A stretch of 11,702 nt of DNA from Chlamydiia bacterium (lineage in GTDB: Bacteria > Chlamydiota > Chlamydiia > Chlamydiales > JBMOFD01). The stretch covers positions 1 through 11,702 of the forward strand of contig JBMOFD010000062.1 in NCBI GenBank assembly GCA_049314435.1. The letters are read 5' to 3'. A program made the translations under genes and the position numbers. Below the pieces are notes generated by a model. That model did no database searches. It saw only the letters and a program-made list of their open reading frames with translations, and was not told the DNA's origin. Positions 6,832 to 11,702 of the stretch are shown in pieces. Position 1 is the stretch's first letter; each line of letters opens with the position of its first letter.

Positions 6832-8454
6832 ATGTTCAGCGCACTGAGACAACTTCCCATCGCCGACTGCTTCCAACGGGCGTATTGGCGTAGCGACTTC
6901 ATCCATGACCTTCGAGCGGGGACAACGGTGGCTCTGGTGGCCATGCCCCTAGCTTTAGCGTTTGGTATCGGGGCCGGGGTCTCGCCGGCTCACGGCGTGT
7001 GGACGGCGATCATCGCAGGCTTTGTAGCGGCTCTTTGTGGAGGGTCGCGCTTTGCGGTGACCGGCCCCACGGGGGCCTTCATGGTGATCCTGTACGGCAT
7101 CGTCACAAGGCATGGTGTGGAGGGCCTTTTTGTGGCCGGGATGCTGGCGGGATTGATCCTGCTCGCCCTGGGCTTTCTCGGTGTGGGCAAGCTCATCCAG
7201 TTCGTTCCTCTTCCCGTCGTCGTAGGATTCACAGCTGGGATCGCGGCGACGATCATGATTTCTCAAATCCCGCCGGCGTTGGGCCTGGCGATCGAGCGTT
7301 TGCCTGGAGACTCGATCGCTCGTCTGGTCGCTCTATGGGATGCCAGAGGAACTTGGGTGGCGGCCAGCTTCTTCACCACGGCGGCGACCTTAGCCGTCAT
7401 CTGTGCTGTTCGACATTGGGTTCCTCGGATTCCGTGGGGGATTGCTGGGGTGCTCAGTATTACGGCTCTTTCGATTCTTCTGGGGAACCCAGCCAAGACT
7501 CTGGTGGAGAGTTTCGGAGAGCTTGTGATCTCTTGGCCCTCATGGACGATGCCCGTTCAGTGGGCTGACCTATGGGGACTGATCCACAAGGTTCTTCCAG
7601 ATGCCTTCACCATCGCGATGTTGGGAGCTTTAGAATCCCTTCTCTGTGCTCTGGTGGCTGATGGGATGACGGGGACGAGACATCAACCCAATGTGGAGCT
7701 GGTGGCCCAGGGACTTGGCAACATCGCCGGTCTCTCGTTGGGAGGGATCCCAGCGACAGGTGCGATTGCACGGACTGCTGCCAACATCAAGGCAGGGGCC
7801 CGTTCTCCGCTTGCTTCGATCTTGCATAGCGGTATTTTATGGTTGCTGGTGGCCCTGGCTGGGCACTGGGCCGGACTGATACCCATGGCTGTGATGGCAG
7901 CCGTCTTGCTGACCGTGGCCTGGAATATGTTCGAGTGGCCTCAGATCCGAGCTCTCTGTCGGGCTCCGGTCCAAGATCTGGCTGTCTTCCTGACGACCTT
8001 CATTCTAACGATCCTCTTTGACCTGACCATAGCCGTGGAGGTGGGCATTGTGTTGGCGGTCTTCCTCTTCCTCCAGCGCATGATCCAGATTGCCCCCGAT
8101 ATGGGAGTGAAGGTGCATCCCATAGAACCCTCTTCTGTGATGCCGACCCTAGAGGAAGAGACGAGTCGCCACGTCCAGCGCATCGTGATTCAGGGACCCT
8201 TCTATTTTGGCATGGCGGAGACGCTTCGTGAGGTCCTGCGCAACTTCGAGAAGCCTCCAGAGTTCTTTGATGTGCATCTCGAGCAGGTTCCTTTTATTGA
8301 CGCTACGGGTCTGCGCACTCTGCAGTCCTTCATTGAAGAGAGTGCTCGCCAGAAGAGTCAGGTACGACTGGTGGGAGCCCTGCCTAAGGTGCGAGCGACC
8401 TTAGTCAAATTTGGCCTAGGCAGCTATCTAGCGAACTCAGCGGCCATCAAATAA
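6832..8454 (+). CDS. sulP: SulP/SLC26 family anion transporter with C-terminal STAS domain (YchM/DauA-like)
   Basis: DLRAGTTVALVAMPLALAFG, GGSRFAVTGPTGA, LESLLCALVADGM, NVELVAQGLGN and GAIARTAAN motifs with many TM helices. STAS motifs GPFYFG and VPFIDATGL are present. Confidence 0.95.
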   Translation: MFSALRQLPIADCFQRAYWRSDFIHDLRAGTTVALVAMPLALAFGIGAGVSPAHGVWTAIIAGFVAALCGGSRFAVTGPTGAFMVILYGIVTRHGVEGLFVAGMLAGLILLALGFLGVGKLIQFVPLPVVVGFTAGIAATIMISQIPPALGLAIERLPGDSIARLVALWDARGTWVAASFFTTAATLAVICAVRHWVPRIPWGIAGVLSITALSILLGNPAKTLVESFGELVISWPSWTMPVQWADLWGLIHKVLPDAFTIAMLGALESLLCALVADGMTGTRHQPNVELVAQGLGNIAGLSLGGIPATGAIARTAANIKAGARSPLASILHSGILWLLVALAGHWAGLIPMAVMAAVLLTVAWNMFEWPQIRALCRAPVQDLAVFLTTFILTILFDLTIAVEVGIVLAVFLFLQRMIQIAPDMGVKVHPIEPSSVMPTLEEETSRHVQRIVIQGPFYFGMAETLREVLRNFEKPPEFFDVHLEQVPFIDATGLRTLQSFIEESARQKSQVRLVGALPKVRATLVKFGLGSYLANSAAIK

Positions 8455-8464
8455 CCAGTCCATA

Positions 8465-8493
8465 AGGGGTCCTGAACGGAATTCAGGACCCCT
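8465..8493 (+). terminator. Strong stem-loop downstream of sulP (probable terminator or mRNA-stabilising hairpin)
   Basis: AGGGGTCCTGAA-CGGAA-TTCAGGACCCCT, a perfect 12-bp stem 10 bp after the sulP stop. The T-rich stretch follows only after a short gap. Confidence 0.65.
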
Positions 8494-8602
8494 CAGCTCT
8501 TTGCATTTTATCGGTCCGTCTGAGAGAAGAGCAGCAGATCGGGTTGGTGACCAGGACGCAGTTCTGGTTCAAAGCCCCTCTTTAGGATATGTGGGGTGTC
8601 TC

Positions 8603-9574
8603 ATGGTGATCTGGTCGCATCGGGTATTGTGGATCCTATTAGGACTTCCTCTTGCCTCCATGGCCGTTCCGCCCCCACCAGATCTCCCATCATCAGGACG
8701 GTCCCGCTCGGCTGTTGACGTTCGGAACGCCTCTCAGGTGGTCGCCACTGTACAGCCGGCGCCTGCATCCCCCGTGCAGGTTCTTGCCCCCGCTCATGTC
8801 CCCTGTGCAAATCAGTGCTCTCAATTTGTGGAGACTCTCACCCCCATCTGGGCACGACGTAGAGTCGCCCTACTCTTCTCATCGTTTCTGGCCCAGGCTC
8901 GGAAAGATCAAGCCACGGGATCAGGCGAGATCGCCCTTCAACAGCTCCCCGTGGATATCAGCATTTGCGGCACAGCAGAACCACAAAAGACCTTGATGGA
9001 TCTGCTCACTCTTTGGGCTCACGATGCGAACATCAACCTATCGGGAGCGGGTCCAGAAGACCTGAGCGGACTTCCAAAAACGTTAGCTGGGCAGAGAGAT
9101 GTATCGAGAACACTCTTTCCTCAATGCCAGACGATCTATGACCGTAAGATCTGTGAACAGGGCGGCATCGACATGACCTGCGCTGTGCTCGACATGCCGA
9201 CACTCCAGGGATGCCTGAATAGCTTCAACCCAGGGCAGGCCACCTATCTGCTGGAAAATGAGCAGGCCTGCAGGGACCAGGAGCTCCTAGCCAGCCTGAA
9301 TGGATGGCTAGCCGCGATGGCGCGCCAGCCTAAAGAGGTCATTCAAAATGGAGTGAAGACGATCGCCGCCGTGCAGATGTGGGTTGCCGCGGTCACCGGT
9401 AGTAGTCCTTTTTCAGTGTCTTCCTTGGACTTGCGTCCCTATAACAGCACGATCTACTACCAGTATCCCTTCAAATTTGGGGTCTATGCGGCGTTCCTCA
9501 GTTCTGCAACCAATACCTTCTGTCCCAGCCGCTCACTTGCTTGCCCAAATCCGCCTCCTGAAGCAGGTTTGTAG
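8603..9574 (+). CDS. Hypothetical secreted cysteine-rich protein
   Basis: The track ORF starts at TTG 8501. In-frame ATG 8603 (GGGG upstream) gives MVIWSHRVLWILLGLPLASMA|VPPPP, a Sec signal-peptide-like N-terminus, then a Pro/Ser linker and a domain with 10 Cys; 323 aa. No family recognised. Confidence 0.7.
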   Translation: MVIWSHRVLWILLGLPLASMAVPPPPDLPSSGRSRSAVDVRNASQVVATVQPAPASPVQVLAPAHVPCANQCSQFVETLTPIWARRRVALLFSSFLAQARKDQATGSGEIALQQLPVDISICGTAEPQKTLMDLLTLWAHDANINLSGAGPEDLSGLPKTLAGQRDVSRTLFPQCQTIYDRKICEQGGIDMTCAVLDMPTLQGCLNSFNPGQATYLLENEQACRDQELLASLNGWLAAMARQPKEVIQNGVKTIAAVQMWVAAVTGSSPFSVSSLDLRPYNSTIYYQYPFKFGVYAAFLSSATNTFCPSRSLACPNPPPEAGL

Positions 9575-9627
9575 AGAGCTTGGCCTGGTAAAACAAGATC
9601 GCAGATCAGACTACAGCCAAAAGGGGC

Positions 9628-9671
9628 CATGGGGACGAAGTCCCCATGCGGGGGTAGGGGGCAGAGCCCCC
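9628..9671. repeat. Two adjacent GC-rich triloop hairpins between convergent genes
   Basis: CATGGGGAC-GAA-GTCCCCATG (9628-9648) and GGGGGC-AGA-GCCCCC (9657-9671). Confidence 0.7.
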
Positions 9672-9685
9672 ACACTGGTAAGCCC

Positions 9686-11272
9686 TTAAGCAGTCTCTTC
9701 AGGGGCATCGCCAATCAAGGCTTCGCTGAGAAGAACGACGCCTGCGGAACTGGTGGCCACGATGAGACAGACCTTCTCCACCTTCACAGCATCGAGCACG
9801 CCAGCTGCGACGAGATCTTCGATCATCTCAGAGAGGGCATTGAACCCAAATTGAGCGGGCATCGAGAGCACCTCGTTCAGACGAACAGAGGGATCTTGTC
9901 CGCTATTACGTACGATCTGCTTGAAGGGGAGCTCGCAAGCACGGCGGATGATCTGTCCACCGAGGGCTTCATCCCCTTGAAGAGGAAGACCGGCAATCAC
10001 GGCTGATGCGCGCAGAAGAGCACATCCTCCGCCGGCAACAACACCCTCTTCAAGAGCGGCTCGTGTGCTATTGAGACTGTCCTGGAAGGCCTGCTTTCTC
10101 TGCTTCATTTCAGCTTCTGTCGCTGCGCTCACGCGAATGACCGCTACGCCACCACTGAGTTTCGCTTTGCGCTCTTCGAGCTTCTCGCGGTCGTACTGAT
10201 TGGTGGTCAGCTCGATCTCTCCCTCCAGCTGCCGCACTCGGGCTGCGATCGCTTCCTTGCTGCCGCCTCCGTCCACGAGGGTGGTCTTGTCCTTCGTGAT
10301 GACGACGCGAGCTGCGGTGCCGAGGGCCTCCATGGAGACCGCTCTGAGGACCATCCCCGCATCTTCGGTGACGAGTGTGGCACCTGTTAGAACCGCGAGG
10401 TCCTGCATCATCGCCTTACGACGGTCTCCAAAACCAGGAGCCTTGATCGCAGCGACCTTGAGATGACCACGTAGACGGTTCACCACTAGAGTGGAGAGCA
10501 CGTCAGCATCGAGATCTTCAGCCACGATCAGGAGTTCACGCCCTAGAGCCGCAACAGTCTGGAGCAAAGGGATGAGATCCTGGATCGACCCGATCTTCTG
10601 GTCGACCAGCAAAATGGCGGGCTGTTGCAGCTCGCAGCTCATTGCTTCCACGTTGGTGCAGAAATAGGGGCTGAGGTAGCCACGTTCGAACTGCATGCCC
10701 TCCACGAGCTCGATCGCCGTCTCCATCGTCTTGGATTCTTCGATCGTGATCACACCCTCACGCCCAACCTTGGTGAAGGCCTGAGCGATCAGCTGTCCAA
10801 TTTCTCGGTTGCCAGCCGCAGATACCGTGGCGATCTGAGCCAGTTCAGCTTCACTTTTTACAGGGATCGACATCTTGGAGAGCTCGGCGACCACCGCTTC
10901 GGTGGCCTTATCGAGACCCCGCTTTAGGGCAATCGGGCTTGCGCCGGAGGCGACGTACTTCACGCCGTGGTCGACGAGAGCTCGCAAGAGCAGAATCGCC
11001 GTCGTGGTCCCATCCCCGCACTGCTCGCGCACCTTGGCTGCGACCTCTTTGGCAAGAGAGGCCCCCATGTTCTCAAACTGATCCTTCAGCTCCAGCTCCT
11101 TCACGATGGTGTTGCCATCCTTCGTGACCATCGGTTGCCATGCGTCCATGCAGACGTTGCACCCGGAGGGACCCAGCGTCACCTCAACGACATCCGCTAC
11201 CTGGCCAATCCCGTCGCGAAGCTTCGCACGAGCCATTTCATCAAACAGAATTTCACGGGCTTGCGTGGACAT
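9686..11272 (-). CDS. groEL: Chaperonin GroEL (Cpn60), divergent paralogue
   Basis: TLGP, VTKDG, ENMGA, GDGTTTA, EGMQFERGYLSPYF, KAPGFGDRRK, KLSGGVAVI and EEGVVAGGG motifs. It ends at IGDAPEETA without a GGM tail, and no groES is adjacent. Confidence 0.97.
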   Translation of the reverse strand: MSTQAREILFDEMARAKLRDGIGQVADVVEVTLGPSGCNVCMDAWQPMVTKDGNTIVKELELKDQFENMGASLAKEVAAKVREQCGDGTTTAILLLRALVDHGVKYVASGASPIALKRGLDKATEAVVAELSKMSIPVKSEAELAQIATVSAAGNREIGQLIAQAFTKVGREGVITIEESKTMETAIELVEGMQFERGYLSPYFCTNVEAMSCELQQPAILLVDQKIGSIQDLIPLLQTVAALGRELLIVAEDLDADVLSTLVVNRLRGHLKVAAIKAPGFGDRRKAMMQDLAVLTGATLVTEDAGMVLRAVSMEALGTAARVVITKDKTTLVDGGGSKEAIAARVRQLEGEIELTTNQYDREKLEERKAKLSGGVAVIRVSAATEAEMKQRKQAFQDSLNSTRAALEEGVVAGGGCALLRASAVIAGLPLQGDEALGGQIIRRACELPFKQIVRNSGQDPSVRLNEVLSMPAQFGFNALSEMIEDLVAAGVLDAVKVEKVCLIVATSSAGVVLLSEALIGDAPEETA

Positions 11273-11411
11273 ATGGAGCTAAACCTCTACCTAAATTGTT
11301 CCAACGAACGAGACGGACCACCCGGAGTTGAAGCCGGGGAAGGAGATCTCGCGAGGAATGAAGAAGACGAGGATATGCCTGGTCGGGCTTCCGTGCAAGG
11401 GAGGGATGAGG

Positions 11412-11441
11412 AGATTAGCAGGAGAGAGAAGGGATTGCCAA
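11412..11441 (-). promoter_or_regulatory. CIRCE-like (HrcA) operator overlapping a putative sigma70-type promoter for groEL
   Basis: The minus strand reads TTGGCAATC-CCTTCTCTC-TCCTGCTAA (11441-11415), 13/18 to TTAGCACTC-N9-GAGTGCTAA with exact spacing. The same bases give TTGGCA-18 bp-TAATCT with extended TG. Confidence 0.5.
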
Positions 11442-11442
11442 A

Positions 11443-11465
11443 TGAGCGCAACGAGGTTGCGCTCA
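11443..11465 (-). terminator. Stem-loop, probable terminator of the upstream repeat gene
   Basis: TGAGCGCAAC-CTC-GTTGCGCTCA, a perfect 10-bp stem 15 bp after the TAA at 11481-11483, followed by a short TTT on the minus strand. Confidence 0.6.
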
Positions 11466-11480
11466 CCGGCGTTTACTCAA

Positions 11481-11702
11481 TTAAACAGTCTGGAACGAGC
11501 GCTGCCCATGGCTGCACTTGCCACCGCTGCAGTCAGCCAGTTGGCTATTCAGTCCGTCATCCGCACGACGACGACGGGAGCCGCCGCAAGCAGCTAATTG
11601 AGCCTCATCGCCCTTGTCTGCGTTAGCGGTTGTCGCATCATCAGCACGACGACGACGGGAACCGCCGCAAGCAGCTAATTGAGCTTCATCGCCCTTGTCC
11701 GC
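11481..11702 (-). CDS. 3' end of a tandem-repeat Cys/Arg-motif protein (5' end outside window; absent from ORF track)
   Basis: The open frame from the window edge to TAA reads ADKGDEAQLAACGGSRRRRADDATTAN-ADKGDEAQLAACGGSRRRRADDGLNSQLADCSGGKCSHGQRSFQTV*. All 4 nucleotide differences between the repeat copies are synonymous in this frame. Confidence 0.8.
   Translation of the reverse strand, partial: ADKGDEAQLAACGGSRRRRADDATTANADKGDEAQLAACGGSRRRRADDGLNSQLADCSGGKCSHGQRSFQTV
11557..11702. repeat. 81-bp period (27-codon) coding direct repeat
   Basis: 11557-11621 and 11638-11702 are identical at 61/65 positions. The array may continue past the window edge. Confidence 0.9.

Noticed and set aside
1152..8404. 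Numerous 60-190 aa alternative-frame ORFs inside pgm, ykgJ-like, TraB-fusion and sulP (e.g. 1152..1703, 4147..4533, 6999..7568)
   Set aside because: They overlap well-supported genes, lack motifs and are expected shadow ORFs in GC-rich DNA.
8501..8602. N-terminal extension from TTG 8501
   Set aside because: It starts right after the hairpin with no RBS, whereas ATG 8603 places a signal peptide at the N-terminus.
11273..11480. Possible groES upstream of groEL
   Set aside because: Too short for a ~95-100 aa gene, contains a hairpin and promoter-like elements, and no GroES-like ORF appears in the track.
10967..11626. 219-aa + strand ORF (and 11328..11597 +)
   Set aside because: Antisense to groEL, its promoter region and the repeat gene; no recognisable motifs.
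11557..11702. Direct repeats with a short intervening sequence as a CRISPR array
   Set aside because: The repeat is at least 65 bp with a 16-bp gap, the period is a multiple of 3, differences are synonymous in an open frame, and no cas genes are present.

Overview
An 11.7-kb bacterial chromosomal segment, most likely from an environmental member of the phylum Chlamydiota. This is inferred from a groES-less GroEL paralogue lacking the GGM tail, an Inc-like bilobed membrane protein and eukaryote-targeting protease domains. Housekeeping genes are a phosphoglucomutase/phosphomannomutase, a YkgJ-type Cys-cluster protein, a SulP-STAS anion transporter and a divergent groEL. Candidate host-interaction genes lie among them: (i) an Inc-like protein with an acidic FFAT-like tail; (ii) an overlapping two-gene cassette encoding a Ulp1/C48 (CE-clan) cysteine protease with Ser-rich tails and an LC3-interacting-like motif, followed by a 697-aa protein with a C-terminal TraB/GumN (TIKI) metalloprotease-like domain, preceded by an AT-rich, Fur-box-like palindrome; (iii) a secreted Cys-rich hypothetical protein. 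At the right edge, an ORF missing from the supplied track encodes 27-aa tandem repeats (DKGDEAQLAACGGSRRRRADD) whose copies differ only at synonymous sites. Several strong hairpins and a CIRCE-like operator upstream of groEL are visible. All family calls come from motifs read by eye; no database search was run.
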